Positions 1 through 13,899 of a DNA stretch of 64,000 nt are shown here, piece by piece. The notes below the pieces were generated by a model. That model made no database searches. It was not told the origin of the DNA and saw only the letters and a program-made list of their open reading frames with translations. Position 1 is the first letter of the stretch. Each line of letters starts with the position of its first letter. Source of the stretch: Hypanus sabinus (taxonomy: Eukaryota); contig NC_082731.1 in NCBI RefSeq assembly GCF_030144855.1, positions 20,770,001 through 20,834,000 on the forward strand, read 5' to 3'. A program made the translations under genes and the position numbers.

Positions 1-267
1 GAGATGCGGAAAAACTTTTTCACCCAGAGCGTGGTGGATATGTGGAATGCTCTGCCCCAGAAGGCAGTGGAGGCCAAGTCTCTGGATGCATTCAAGAGCT
101 AGTTTGATAGAGCTCTTATAGATAGCGGGGTCAAGGGATATGGGGAGAGGGCAGGAACGGGGTACTAATTGCGTATGATAAGCCATGATCACAGTGAATG
201 GCGGTGCTGGCTAGAAGAGCCGAATGGCCTACTCTTGCACCTACTGTCTATTGTCTGTTATCTGTCT
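1..267 (+). mobile_element. CR1-type LINE 3' end (ORF2 C-terminus, 3'UTR and short-repeat tail)
   Basis: 'aactttttcacccagagcgtggtggatatgtggaatgctctgccccag...' then 'gggccgaatggcctactc' and a ctattgtct-type tail. It resembles the other CR1 3' ends in the window (2176-2520, 53430-53670). Confidence 0.85.
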
Positions 268-915
268 AATTTTTCCATGTTCCTCTGAACATGTGGTCTC
301 AGTGATACTTCGATGACGCACAAGAGCTACCCAGAGCGTCTTTTGCAAGCAGTGGAAAACATGGTTTCGCGCGAAGCGTGGAAACTGGGCACATACGTGC
401 TGATCGCCTCGAATGTCGGAATCCAACAGGATCCCTGGTGATATGACACCAGATATCGCCAGTTTGTCACGATAGGCACTCTGCAGTGACAACCACCGCC
501 ACGTTCCAGTTCAAAACATATTCTATGAACTAATGAAGGAGGACCTGATCTACTCCTTCACTTTGCAGACCTCACGGTCACACCAAATTGGTTTATATTT
601 ATTTTCTTTTGTTTTCGTGTGTACGGCGAAAAGTTTGTGCAGCATGTTTCAATGGTTCCATTTAATTTCACAGAATTTATACAGTATAAAACCTGAAATT
701 CATACTCTCCACAACCATCCCCGAAACAGATCAAAAACTTAAAGCATGAATATCAGAAAAAAACGTACGAACCCGAACGCAGCCTGCCACCTCCGTCGCA
801 GTATCAACAGCAAGCAGAATTCTCATTACCCGTTCCTCCTCTCACTTATTCCAGCATAAAGCATTCGCATTTCCACCAACTACCCTGAAAGCAACCGCAA
901 AGCCACCAAGAGAGG
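268..915 (-). pseudogene. Decayed antisense V segment (family B) with 23-RSS relic; paralogue of the hidden V in the 22.8-30.9 kb units
   Basis: 530-760 aligns by eye with 23130-23340. The minus strand ends ...KDALGSSCASSKY, followed by ATCACTG (306-300), a 23-nt spacer and GGAAAAATT (276-268). Multiple stops and frameshifts; the 5' limit is approximate. Confidence 0.65.
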
Positions 916-1789
916 CTTGGTCTGCAGTCCATCAAAAACCTGCTGTTCACCCCAACAGTTCGCCATCTGCAGCCACTCCCTCTCTCACACTAAGAAGGGA
1001 GTGACTGGTACAATTTCTATTGCGTTTCGTTGTCAGCAAAAAGGACCAAAGCTGAAGAAACAGCTCCTGATTACAACGCGAAACCAAACTGCAACGTTAC
1101 AACACATTTCCTGGATACCACAATGTCTATTCACCTAGCAAATGAAGAGAGAGTTCTCAAAATTTGGTGATTAGTTTGCTTGCAATTATACAATTGAAGA
1201 AGTGTCTGAAGTGTCTGCAGACACATCTGTCTACTGATGTGCGATCGGTAGAAATGTAACTTGGATGAATGTAAAGCTAGGAAGTAGGCGTCCATTGCTG
1301 ATTTTTTTTTTGGCAGCAGTGGGTTGGATTTCTGTAGATGGCTGGAATTAATATGTGCATTTATCAGCCTCTGGAAATACGTCGTAATGCTATATTCAGA
1401 GATTCAGAGTCACAGGCTGGTGATTAATTAGTCACGTTACGTTTTTTTTTGAGCTGAGAAGGTAACACTGATCTCCTAAGCCAAGTAGAAGCCTCATATT
1501 GAAAAGGAACAAGGTATTTTTTTTTCTGCAAGTAGACCCGCGAACTGACTTGTACTGTATCGAACCACGGTACTTACAAAACCAAACAGTCCCGGTATTT
1601 TCCGCGGTTTTACTCTCCTGATAATAGACCCTACGTCCACGACACTAACTGTGGATTCAGGTGCCTTGGAATATCTTCGTCGGTATGTAACCTAAGTGTC
1701 CCCTTCTGTTGAAAACATATATAGAATGCGCTATGATATTTTGAAAGACTGTGCTCTTAAACGTTCATTACTACGATTGCATTTTAAGC

Positions 1790-2560
1790 TAGAGATGTGA
1801 GTGGCTCAGGGTAGGAGTGGAGCTTTGAGACTTAGGCTCAGAGGCTTCAGCGAGCAAAGGCTGAGGAGGAGCTATCTCCAAGTGAGGTAAGGTCGGGTAA
1901 GTTACTTTAATTAATTAAATTTACTTAGGAAAAGTTAATTCAGGCAGCATTTAGGGCAGTCGACTGCACAGTATGCAGGATTGAGGAAGTCAGGGACAGC
2001 ACAATTGTCGCCAATGACTACAGCTGTAAAAGGTGCATCCAGCTGCAGCTCCTGAAAATATCGAATTAGGGAACTAGGGTTGGAGCTGGATGATCTCGGA
2101 ATCATTCGTGAGGCAGAGGCAGAAATAGACAAGAGTTTTGGGGAGATAGTCGCCCCTAATAGTCAGGAGGAGATTTACAAGGAAGTTGCTTGGATTGGGG
2201 GGCATGCCATATGAGGATAGGTTGAGTGAACTCGGCCTTTTCTCCTTGGAGCGACGAGTGATGAGAGGAGACCTAATAGAGGTGTATGAAATGATGAGAC
2301 GCATTGATCATGTGGATAGTCAGAGGGTTTTTCCCAGGTTGCCACAAATGGTTGCCACAAGAGGACACAGGTTTAGGGTGCTGGGGAGTAGGTACAGAGG
2401 AGATGTTCGGGTAAGTTTTTTGCTCAGAGAGTGGTGAGTGCGTGGATTGGACTGCTGGCAAAGGTGGTGGAGGCGGATACGATAGTGTATTTTAAGGGAA
2501 TTTTGGATAGGTGCATGGAGCTTAGAAAAGTAGGTTTCTATACTGATAAATGCAAGATAT
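1790..2560 (+). mobile_element. Internally deleted CR1: 5'UTR and ORF1 start joined to the ORF2 3' end
   Basis: 1950-2170 encodes the CR1 ORF1 Cys-rich start (..MTTAVKGASSCSS / CIQLQLL..IRELGLELDDLRIIREAE). It is followed at once by the ORF2 C-terminus (MPYEDRLSELGLFSLERRVMRGDLIEVYEMMR). Confidence 0.8.
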
Positions 2561-3194
2561 ATGAGTCTTCTTTTCTGAGTACAAGTGCCCTTTGAATTTT
2601 TCAGTCGGATATGCTGCAGAAAAGCCTGAAGGTTCTCTCTCCTCAGACCATCGAGACTAGTTGAGCATTTCTAGTCATGTGGCCCTATTTCTACATTTCT
2701 CAACATTGATTAGGTTTTCGGATTTAAGCTTCCATTATTTCGATTCATAAATAAAACTCACCACACCGACCCCGATAAACAGAAGCAGAAACTACTTCAA
2801 TAGATAAGGGTGGGATTGGACGTTACACATGTACTCTCAGTTCATCTTAACCACTTGGCCTTATAACGTATGCACAACACTGACAGTAACTGAAACTGGC
2901 TGTTATCGTGCAACAGTCGCTCTTCTATGAAATGTAGAACACACATTATCATTTTGATGTGGCGGTAAATCGCATAATAAGCGACTTCCACCGATCTTGG
3001 TCACGATAGCAGTCGATCTCCTGGTTCTTAAGAGAGAGGGAGAGATTCAATGAATAAACAGAGTCACTGAGGCAGAGAGAACGAAACATTCAACAGTGAA
3101 TGGCCATGTACGAAAAGTGGAGAAAGACATGAAGGGGCCATTCCGGGAGGGGTGGATGAGGGAGAAAAGAATCAGATCGGGCGTAATCGTAGGC

Positions 3195-3349
3195 NNNNNN
3201 NNNNNNNNNNNNNNNNNNNNNNNNNNNNNNNNNNNNNNNNNNNNNNNNNNNNNNNNNNNNNNNNNNNNNNNNNNNNNNNNNNNNNNNNNNNNNNNNNNNN
3301 NNNNNNNNNNNNNNNNNNNNNNNNNNNNNNNNNNNNNNNNNNNNNNNNN
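3195..3349. other. N-run (gap or masked low complexity) in a purine-rich tract
   Basis: 155 Ns with GA-rich flanks. Confidence 0.95.
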
Positions 3350-5499
3350 TCTCAGCGTCTCAATGATGCAGCGAACTCAAGGGAGAATTGAGCATGAGAG
3401 GAAGACAACGGACGGATGAGTGAGTACGACTAAAACAAACATTAGTGTAAAGAAAGACATGTAGGGTGTAGAGATACTGTCAGGCAGCGTGAGTTATCAG
3501 ATTCTCTAACGTCTTCGGTGGATTATGGAGCAGGAAAACAAGCAGAGAGGGGAAAAATTTAGATGCCAATTTCCGCTTAAGTGTTCCCGATTCCGATGTA
3601 TCATCCGATCGTTTAGCAGGAATACGCTCAACTCTCCTTGTTGGGAGTACATCTCGCAGAGATCCGATAGATTGCATTCTCTGCTAATGTGAAAATACAG
3701 ACACAAAGGTCTGGCGGCTGAAGTGGTGCACGTCTTGAAGGCAAAGCATTTGAAGGCATTTATTTGGCACGATGGGAAGCCCAATGGAGCTGATGGCGGG
3801 GTTTGGAAGGATAATTCGGGGGATAGTAGAAAGAATTACTGCATACGTTTTTCAGTTATTGAGATAACTGCTGCCTTGCTGTGCAAAGGGGATGTTCATC
3901 TGGCTGGAGTAAACCAGTCAATGATGGACCAAGTGGCGAAGGGCGCACAGCCATGTGATGTGATTGCTTTAAGCCTCATATCTCTTCCGCATCGCCCACT
4001 CCCTGTTGAGCTGATCCTAGAATTAAAAGAGAAGGAAAACGGAATGGAGGAGAGAGAGGCCTCCGTCAGCAGGGCACAGTCCTCGGTAGTAGCCTCTGTT
4101 ACCAATGCGACCCTTTATATCCTTTTATAAAGGGTTTTACAGTCTGTTTCAACTGTGGTGAGAATGAACATTAGGGAGTGTGAATGCAGAAAACCCTTTG
4201 GAAAGTGAACTAGAAGTTACTCTTACAGAAAAGGGATGTCGGGAAACATACAATGGGGGTACGTCCTGGCGTCTCGAGAGGAACACATTCCAATCAAATT
4301 ATCAAAAAAACAAACACTGAAGTACAAACCCCATTCTTGAATGCTTCGTTGGGCCAAGCGCCAGTATATTCTTATGGATCTCTTTTACCCAGACGTGCCA
4401 AAATTTCTCCCATTACTCTGTTATATACATTCTTCTAAAACCCCATCTGATGAATTTAGCATTCGATTTGTTGTTACGTACGAAAAGACGAATAACTCTG
4501 CGATGCCTTCACTGTTATGAGAAAGAAATAGATAGGAGTTGAGAAACCAGGTTCCACTGTGGGTCACGTCTCCTGCAGACAGACCTGAACGTTCCTAGTT
4601 GGTTTTGCCGGAGAAACATTGGAGGATTGTTTTGAAGTCACTCATGATGAACCTGTTCATTTCGATTTTATCAAGATCTATGAGGGTTTTATATCGGTTA
4701 TAGGAATGAAGCCTGACTTCAAAGTGTACTCCAAGTGGTGCTTTCGGTGGATTCAGAGGAAACCTCTGTCTAGGACTGCCACAACTTTATCCCATTTGCG
4801 GCATGCTTGGAGTCGAGAAGTCGAAGACTACAACTCATCACACTCATGGTGAGGGGTTCAATGGGACATTGCTTGACATCCACTGGATATGAACACAAAG
4901 AACAAATGGAGTTGGCTGTTTTGGCATCTGGTCCACTGCTACAACTGTACACAGAATAAATCTGCTGGATAATCGTTTGGGCGCGAGGTGAAGTTGCTTG
5001 CAGACTTTTGTTTTAAGACCGGTGGGAAAGATCTCCCGCATTGCTGATCTTAAGTAGTTGTCTAACATGTGAAAGGAATTGCAAAAGGATTATGAACTTG
5101 CAGAGGAATCTGCTACCAAGCAGGATTAAAGAAACAGGAGATAAGATTAAAAATTAAGTCTTCCAACTGTTGGCTAGAGACTGGGTTCTCATAGGCAATT
5201 TCTGGCAGCCAGGGAGGCATAAATTGGGTGATTCATGGTTAGCAACGCCTTACATAGCGCAGAGTCAGATGCAACACGTGCCAGCTTTTTGGATGAGGGC
5301 AAAAATCGGTAATGGATTTGTCAAACTTTTCCATCAGAGTGACCTTTTACGTCCAGGGCAAAAATTTGACCTGAAGCCGAAAATGGATCCTACACGAAGT
5401 AGGAGTATTCTGCGCCAGCGAAGTAGAAAAGGAATGAAATCGGCGAAGATCACTGAAGGGGACGTAACCACCTCATGTTGTACAATCTAAGAAGAGGAG

Positions 5500-7620
5500 A
5501 GAAATGGGGTTGTGGAGTCTGCCACTTCAGGCAATCTCCTCGATAAAGCCGAAGAGTATTCCGAGCCTGCACTCGGTGACATCAGCTACATCAGCAAGTG
5601 CACTGATGATGTTAATCGGTCCAGGACCATCACAACGCGTCCTGATCAGAAGCCATGGATGACCGCGGAGGTGCGTGCGCTTCTTAGGACAAGTGACTCC
5701 GCCTTCAGAGCAGGCTACAGGGCAGCCCTAAGAACAGCAAGGGCCAAAACTGCCCTGGACTATCAGAGGGGAAAAGCATGCACACGCCCAACGAATCTAC
5801 AGCCACTTCCAAGACAGCGACGACACGCGGCGCATGTGGAAGGGCATCCAGGAAATCACCAATTATAGGGCAACTTCACCTGAGTGTGCGGGTGATGCCT
5901 CCCTCCAAGATGCACAGAATAAATTGTCCGCCCGTTTTTGAGGAGGAAGATGACGTGGCAGCGAGACACTCCACCCCTCCTACACTTCAAGTGACCAGGT
6001 GCTGTGTCTCACCCTGGCCGATGTTAGAAGAACACTGTGCAGGGTCAACCCAAGGAAGGCTGCTGGACCAGACAACATCCCTGATCGAGTGCTCAGAGGA
6101 TATGCAGACCAGCCAGCAGATGTTCTCACTGACATTTTCAACATCTCCCTGAGCAGCGCCACCCTTCCAAGGTGCTTCAATGCCGCCATCGTTCCCGTGC
6201 CGAATTAAGTCTTCAGTGTCCTGCCTATATGACCACCGTCCAGTTGCACTCACATCCATCATCATGAAGTGCTTCGAGAAGCTCGTCATGTGGCATATCA
6301 AGACACTTCTACTCCCCTAACTGGACCCCCTGCAGTTTGCATAACGTCCCAACCGCTCAACAGACGGCGCCATTGTTATCACCCTCCACCTGGCCCTAAC
6401 CCACCTGGATAAAAAAGACACATACGTTCTGATACTGTTCATCGACTTCAGTTCAGCATTCAGCACAATCATCCCTCAGAAACTGATTGGAAAGCTGAGC
6501 CTACTGGGCCTGAACACCTCCCTCAGCAATTGGATCCTAGACTTCCTGACTGGGAGGTCTCAGTCAGTCTGGATTAGGAGCAGCATCTCCAACGCCATCA
6601 CACTCAGCACGAGGGCCCCCAGAGCTGTCTCCTCAGTCCACTGCTGTTCACTCTGCTGACTCACGACTGTGCTGCAACACACAGGTCGAACCACATCATC
6701 AAGTTCGCCGATGTGACGACCGTGGTGGGTCTCAGCAGCAAGAAAGACGAGTCAGCTTACAGAGAGGAGGTGCAGCGCCTTACGGTCTGGTGTAGAGCCA
6801 ACAACCTGATTCTTAACGTGAACAAAACAAAAGAGATGGGTGTTGACTTCAGGAGGACACGGAGAGACCACTCCCCGCTGAACATTGACGGCTCTTTGGT
6901 AGAGATCGTTAAGACCAGCAAATTTCTTGGTGTTCACCTGGCGGAGGATCTCACCTCGCCCCTCAAAAACAGCTCCATAGCAAAGAATGGTTAGCAGCAT
7001 CTCTACATTCTGCGAAAGCTGAGGAATGTCCATCTCGCAACCCGCATGCTCATCACATTTTACAGGGGTTGTATCCTGAGCAGCTGCATCACTGCCTGGT
7101 TCGGAGATTCTATCATCTCGAATTGCAAGACCCTGCAGAGGATAATGAGGTCAGCTGAGAAGATCGTCGGGTTCTCTCTTCCCGCCATCACGAACATTTA
7201 CACTATCCGTTGCATCCGCAAAACAAACAACATTATAAAGGACATCACGCACCACTCCTACAAAGTCTTCTCCCTCCTGCCATCTAGGAAAAGGCACAGG
7301 AGCATTCGGGCTCTCACAACCAGACTATATAACATTTCTTCCCCCAAGCTATCAGACCCCTCAATACCTAAAGCCTGGACTGACACCTTGCCCTATTGTC
7401 CTGTTTATTATTTATTATAATTCCTGCACTGTTTCGTGCACTTTATGCAGAGCTGTGTAGGTCTGTAGTTTGGTGTAGTTGCTTATTTTTCTCTCTCTGC
7501 GATGCTTTTTACGTAGTTCAGTCTAGTTTTTGTTCTGTGTCATGTAACACCATGGTCCCGAAAAACGTTGTCTCATTTTTATTATGCACCGTAATGACTG
7601 TAGAAGTGAATTGACTTGAC
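5500..7620 (+). mobile_element. Rex1/Babar-type non-LTR retrotransposon, 5'-truncated and decayed RT
   Basis: Translated fragments [70 protein letters not shown]; 3' tail ttgacttgact. Confidence 0.9.
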
Positions 7621-9228
7621 TAGATGAGGATGTATCGGGAAAGCGGGGATGGTGAGTAGGAGTGGTATGGTGTGGGAGTCTAACAGTGGACAGGGAAGTC
7701 TAAGTCAGGGCAATCGATGGAATCCAGACGCTGCAGTATTGACGATGAGACTGAGGTCATTCGGGTGACAGGGGTCCTGTGTTGCCGGAAGGTATTAATA
7801 ATGCATTGGGGATGTGCTCTCTCCAGCTGGTCGGAAAAGGTCCGAAGATGTGACTGAGTCTGTTGAAGTAAGGGATTGGATTTGAATGTCTAAAAGAGTG
7901 ATGAGGCATCCAGATTGGCTGGCCTATGATGCACTGTCGAAGCAGAGTGTTGCGTCATTCCGCCTAGTGAGGTACATCACTAACATTTAAAATGGAGGTC
8001 CTGAATTCACTAATACGAGGATCGTGTTTGTGAGGCATTGCAAAGTCAAGCGTTTGGCCGGACCAAGGTGTATCTACCCTAGACTTACAGAGCCTAAGGA
8101 GAGCGGTTTGAACCCCACTGAGTCCACTGGCTCTTAGCGTGGGGCTAACGATGCGGATCTGCAGAGACGGTCAGTGGAAAGCGGTTGCAGATGAATCAAT
8201 AGTAAGAACTCCAGTTGCACGAAAGATGATGCAAGTAATTTTTGGTATACTCTAATAGTACTGAACTGTAACAGTAAACTGTACTGATACGAATGGTTTA
8301 CAACTGTTAGGTACATTTAAAGTGGCGAGAAATAACCAAATGTGGAAGGTGTACAGGTCACGAAAGATGGAACGTCCTCTGGTATATCGGGTGAGAAATA
8401 GCGCTGGAGCAGGAAGATTCTTTTCGGTACACCCGGTGTTCTCCTTTCGGAGTCCTTCGAGTACGTCTTCGTGCTATGGAGCCTATGTTCTCCTAACAAT
8501 TTGGACTATCAGGTCAGGAACGTGCTCTGGGTGATGGAGTTACAAGACACTTGAAGGCACCTATATCAGAAAATCAGAAGGGGCTCACGGAACAGTCTGC
8601 CGTCGTAATTGATTGATAACCAGCATCCAACGTCTCCAAAGTACAAAGATTTATTTTTGACCTTAGCGTACAGCCACAAACCGGAACTTTAAAAATGTTT
8701 TGTTCTGACTTCATTGCTCTTTCAACCATGTTCCGCAATACGTTATACTGGTAATAAGTCTTGTCTATGGGAGATAGCAGTTGAGAGAGGGAGAGCTGGA
8801 TATGCGTTGTGGGATATAGAATGAAACGGAGCACGGGCCGAGAGTGAGCGGGAGAAAGAGTAAGAGAGAATCAGAGAGTGATGCGTAATCTGAATATGAA
8901 AAAAAAATAGAGAAACCGCGATTTTTATTATTGCCTGAAGGGTTCAAAGATCCATGCACCAGTTCTGTAGCAATGCAAAGCCATGGGTTTGGCACAGATT
9001 TATGGGTCTCATCTCATTCTTTACTACGTGCGCAATAGAACTAACCTTGTAAACATTATCTGCCTTTCGATCAGGATGGAAGTCAGACTTGTTGCTTTAT
9101 CTCTGCTGTTTCTTTATTATCGACGCAAGAAACGTGATTCCTCCTAAATTTCTTTTAAGCCGCCATGACTGTGCCCTCTGGAAACGCTGGAAAACATGTT
9201 GGCTCATACCTTTCGCCTTATCTTGCAG

Positions 9229-9442
9229 GAACACGTTCAGTGAATTCAGAAGAATTCAGTGACGTAGTAATCTATAACATTAATCTCGAATTACCACGTA
9301 GGTGTACGGCTGAATGAAAGAAAGATATCTGGACAAATTAAAAAAAATATATATCAACTGTTCTTGTTTCTGACTTTGCTCTGTACATCTGTACTATGGC
9401 AACCACATTTTTCCAGGGAAATGGCAGATCCCGATGAAAACT
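9229..9442 (+). pseudogene. Internally deleted TCR V pseudogene with 23-RSS
   Basis: Acceptor tcttgcag|gaac at 9228, 'ttcagtgacgtagta' (SVTQ-like), 3' end TVLVSDFALYICTMAT, then CACATTT (9404-9410), 23 nt and ATGAAAACT (9434-9442). Confidence 0.75.
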
Positions 9443-10889
9443 GACTCTTAATGTCATCCAGGCTCCGACGCTCCATCTCCTTTGGATTATTAGTTGATTA
9501 TTTTCACCTTTGTTAGATTTGGTATTCAGTGACCCTGTGCCTAGTTTTGCTTGCCATTGATGTTCACTTCCGTTTGTTCTTTTTCTTCACAGTCTTGGGG
9601 CTGTGTGCAGCGACTCTCGAGTAGTCGCCTGTGTTCTCGCTGTACGAGTCCACAAGTATAGTGCATTTGCTGCTCGTGGATCTATCTGATCTAAGACTCG
9701 CCTAGTCAGAAATTAGTTCCATTTCAAATCTAGCCTCGTAGGTACTTCTGGTACATCACGACTGTACATTTATGGACACAGCACAGTATGAGTATGTTGA
9801 ATCTGTGTTGACCAACTAGAGACTCACTGTGTGTAAGCATGAGCATGTGCTGCAGCAAATATTGATCGCCCTGCAGACGCTCATCTCGATCATCCTGGAA
9901 ATTCCTGCTGCCACTCGAACACCTGAGACTCCATGCAACATCGAGGATTTGCCCATTATCTTGCTCAATTTCCCAATGTTTCCCATTGTGCGCCTTGAGA
10001 CAGATGGTAACTGAAGGAATTCATGGCAACCCAGAGACAGGTAGATTGTTTCTTATCTCGTAATCACTAACTTTCTTGCTGCAAGCACTTTCTCCCGCGA
10101 CATCTGCAAAGTGGCCTATATCAACTCTTACCCCGTGGAAGATCTCTCACTCGTCTGACGAGGCTCAAGGAGATGAATTTTCCAAGTTGTGCAAATGTGC
10201 CACCGTTAACCATGGAGCTGAAGAGGGTTTGCGACCACACATTCCGCGGACCAGAGGTTGGAAAACTGAAGCCCTTATACCTTTCTATTTCCCGTGATTA
10301 TAAGGTGAAATTAAAGACGAAATAGCAGGAGAAAGACATTAGAGATCTCGAGATTCTCGACGAAACACATTTCCGGGTTGACAATCGTCTCCAGGAAAGG
10401 AGAAGAGAGTGACCTAATGAATCCTTCAGGGTTTGCAGTCTCTCAGCTTCTCCTGCTTCATCGAACTCTAAGTAGACGTTCTATCAGATGAGCCGAAGCA
10501 AAGCGGCAGCATGCGGTATTGACCTGCTGAAATGGTCCGGAAATTAAAGGTAATGTGCTGCCACTAATGTGCTAAGCAGGACAACATCTTTTCTCTCCAT
10601 CCTAAGTGTCAGAAAACATCCAGATCTGGCTAAATTAATGAGCTCTGTGAGGAGTTCGACCATCGCTTGCAGGTTTGCTACATCTGGAATCGCGATGACA
10701 ACCTCCATTCTATCCGTGAATACGAGTACGCCTATGGACCCTTCGTGGATTTCGATGCAGCAGGTAATTTCTTGGATATCAGGTTAGGAATAACTCTCCG
10801 ACTGCCCTGGCCCAACTCATCCCGGTTATACTGTGTCTCCAGTCGCCTTAGGCCTTGGAGAGAAATTTCTCCTCACTGATCTTGTCTTG

Positions 10890-11200
10890 CATCTTCGTTT
10901 GTTATGGCTTGGTCACTGCATAGGATCGGATAAGAAAGCTGCAGAATGTAGTGAACTCAGCTAGCTTCATCATGTCACAAGCCCCACTGCATCTCGGACA
11001 CTCAAAATGCCACATCCATCATGAAGAACCGCCGTCACATAGGGTATGCCCTCTTCTAACTGCCGCGCTCAAGATGATAGTACAGAAGCCTGAAGACAAT
11101 TATTCAGCGTTTTAGGAACCAGTTATTCTCCTTTGCCAACAGATTTCGAAATGGTGCCTAATTCAAAAACTCTTGCTCTGTATTTTCCCTCTGTTTGTGC
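10890..11200 (+). mobile_element. Short Rex1-type LINE 3' fragment
   Basis: 'gaaagctgcagaatgtagtgaactcagct...cacatccatcatgaagaacc..tatgccctcttcta' resembles 7130-7330. Confidence 0.55.
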
Positions 11201-12499
11201 ACATAACGATTGGAATTATTACGTTGCGCGTGCATTTAATGAAGTAGTTTTGTTGAATGTTTAACTTCGTAGTTGCTGTAGCTAGGGGAGCATGACATTT
11301 GCTTGTTTTTTTTTACTGTTTGTAAATAAATAGTTAATAAACTTATACGCAGTTAATGTTTTCTGTTTCCCTTGGCAGACGCGGGTACCTGATTCAACGT
11401 CACATTGTCAAAGAAAATTTGAGAATACCGTTGGTAGTATTTGATAAGTAGTGGGAACTAATCTAACTATCCACCGGCTATGAAAAATTAAGGAACTTTA
11501 TATTCTACCTTGTACAGAATATTGGGCCCTCATTAAGATCACTGTCAATAAGCGGTGATCCTTTCCACAGATGGCATTCGAAATGCTGAAAGGGACAACA
11601 ATTTTATTCAACTGGACCTAGGAAATCTATAGAAGGTGGAGATGAAAACTGCTGCAGACTCTCCATGAGTCGATGTTAATAAACTCCTAAAACAAAACTC
11701 GAATTTACTTTGGTGTTTTTAGATATTGTTTTCAGGGCAGAACCTGATGATGGGAATGGGATCTCCATTAAGTGAGATTTTATGTAAAACTAACTAATAA
11801 GACCGAGTTAAGTAGGGGATTGTACTAGCTAAAAGGGGGCAACGTCGCAATTACTATGGGATCTCTCTAGTTGAAAGGGGAGTACTTGCTAAAGACATCC
11901 CTGGGAGAACCGAAGGTAGTCGGTTCCCTAGCATCCGGCCAATGACTCAAAGGAAGCCAAGATGCCTGCAGATTGAGGCAGGAAGAAGACCTGAAAAATA
12001 AAACCACAGTCGGGCTACGAAAAAAAGATAATGAAAAAGAACTGAAAAGCCTAGTTACGGGGAAAAAGGTGGGAGGAGACTTCGAGGTTCGTAGAATTAG
12101 ATTCAGTGAGCGTTTAGTGTGTACATGGTGTGTATAAATAAACCATGTGCTGTCTTAGCTGAAATTCTTTTGTCTTCTGTTCTGCTGGCGCTGATCCTGC
12201 AAATAAACAGAAGAGTTCTGGAAGTAAGACGAAGGCTTTCAACACTGAACTGGCAAGGAGATTAAACAGATAAAACGGCACCGCAGGCAAATAGGAGGCC
12301 CCTTAGTCCCGCCTGGATACCTGGTAGATACGGTAATCAGAGAGCTCGGGCATCATCTTTATGGGGTAACATTCAGCGTTGATTTGTATAATTGATGAAA
12401 TGGAGATTAGTCATATGGGGGGGAGTTTTAATTTGAAACTAATCCAACACTGGGAGAACGGCGCCAGAAATAGGGACGGCGACCCAAATTGGCATGCTG

Positions 12500-13830
12500 T
12501 TTATATTTTCAGATGGTTTAAACGATGGAAGTAAGTGGCTAAAAGACAACAACCTCGAAACAAAAAGGGATGTGAGCAACCTGAAACAGAAAAGGCTCGG
12601 GCTTCAGCGAAACCTGCTACGACACTTTACCCACGACTACTCGTACCAGCCCGTGCCCCATTGGCACCCAACAGTGAAATAGATGATTTAATAATGACGA
12701 TTAGCTGCCTTGGTACGACCGGCTTCTGACATACCCAGGGGAGCAGACATGACTGTAAGTGGAAAAGTTACTCAGGAAAGAGGATTTGAAGCTGAGGGAG
12801 ATGAAGGAAGTGTTAGCAGTACCAGTGATTACAAAAAATAAATGCCCCAAAAATCAACAACAAAAAAGGAGGGGAAAGAGAAAAAAAGAATGATGGAAGG
12901 AGAAGAGGAACTGGGAATCAAGGTACCGTAAGCTCCACGCACAATGATCGGCGTTGTTCCTGTGCTCAAACTCTGGACACCTGCAGAGGCAAGAACTATG
13001 GTAGTGGAGGCCCCCGACACGTTAAAGTAACACAGTGCGTTCGATAGTTGGGTTGTGCAGCTGTATGCTATCTACTCACCTTTGCCCAGAGATGTGGAAA
13101 TGTTATTCAAATGTGCATATGGATCCTCCTGGCCCTCCCTGGCGGAGGGATTTGCCGTATCACTGGCGAAAACGAAGACTGGAGAACAAAATAACGATCT
13201 AGGAGAGAATGGATATTAGTCTCTGGACTACTGGCTGAAAAACAAGGGAAAGAAAGCTGTCATGAGAGGTACGCGAAAACACAGCGATAACGAAGTATCC
13301 CGCTGCCTGCAGAACAAAGGGGGAACCAACTCCAGCTGGTTATTGAAGCAAGTGGAGAGAGCATGCTGGAATACCCATGGCTGAGAATGGGGTTGCTGGT
13401 CAGTCGGAGTTCATTGAACTCTATGTCACCCCAGCAGGCGGAAACATATAGACTTGCAAATTTAAACTGGCGAAAGGAGGAATGGAAGAGGTGCTCATCG
13501 CTTTAATTAAGATGGAAAGGGAAGGATTATTCGCCTCGCGGGGGAAAATAAACCAACAATAGCAGCGCATTTCTATCAGAAAAGTGAAGGTTTCTCCCAA
13601 TGGGGCCGAGCCGACTGTGGAAGAGCAAGAGGCAGAAGATTGTTGCCACCCCGGAATGGTTCCAAGAATCAGTGCAGGACTTGTGTGAAATTAAGTCACT
13701 GGGCTAGACATTGTAAGTCCGTGAACTATCACCGAGGTGGAACCTTATATTCAGAACTGGATCCGATGTCCAGAGAACGCCCAGCTGCGTTTATGGGGAC
13801 AGAACTTTTTCCCCTTAGGTACCCTAATCC
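12500..13830 (+). pseudogene. gag: ERV gag remnant with CCHC zinc knuckle
   Basis: QCRTCVKLSHWARHC (Cx2Cx4Hx4C) in ORF 13640-13840. The upstream part is broken by stops. Confidence 0.65.
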
Positions 13831-13899
13831 GTCAACCTAGAGGCTCCACCGAGGAAAAATGGTACAGGGAACGGTAAACAGATTGTCCAAAAATATGAA

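Noticed and set aside
1000-1600. Possible + strand V relics (ADTSVY*CA at about 1220; CACGGTA at about 1566)
   Set aside because: The position fits a unit-0 partner V, but the similarity is too fragmentary to call by eye.
3500-3570. gattatggagcagga resembling the J relic on the + strand
   Set aside because: No nonamer, no downstream TxLxV-like codons and no donor.
4130-4200. gggtttta...aaaaccc flanking CACAGTT, a possible D segment or RSS pair
   Set aside because: The spacings fit neither 12 nor 23, and only one heptamer-like word is present.
8330-8560. gtcctctggtatatc (VLWYI) V-like fragment
   Set aside because: A single short motif with no FR3 end or RSS.
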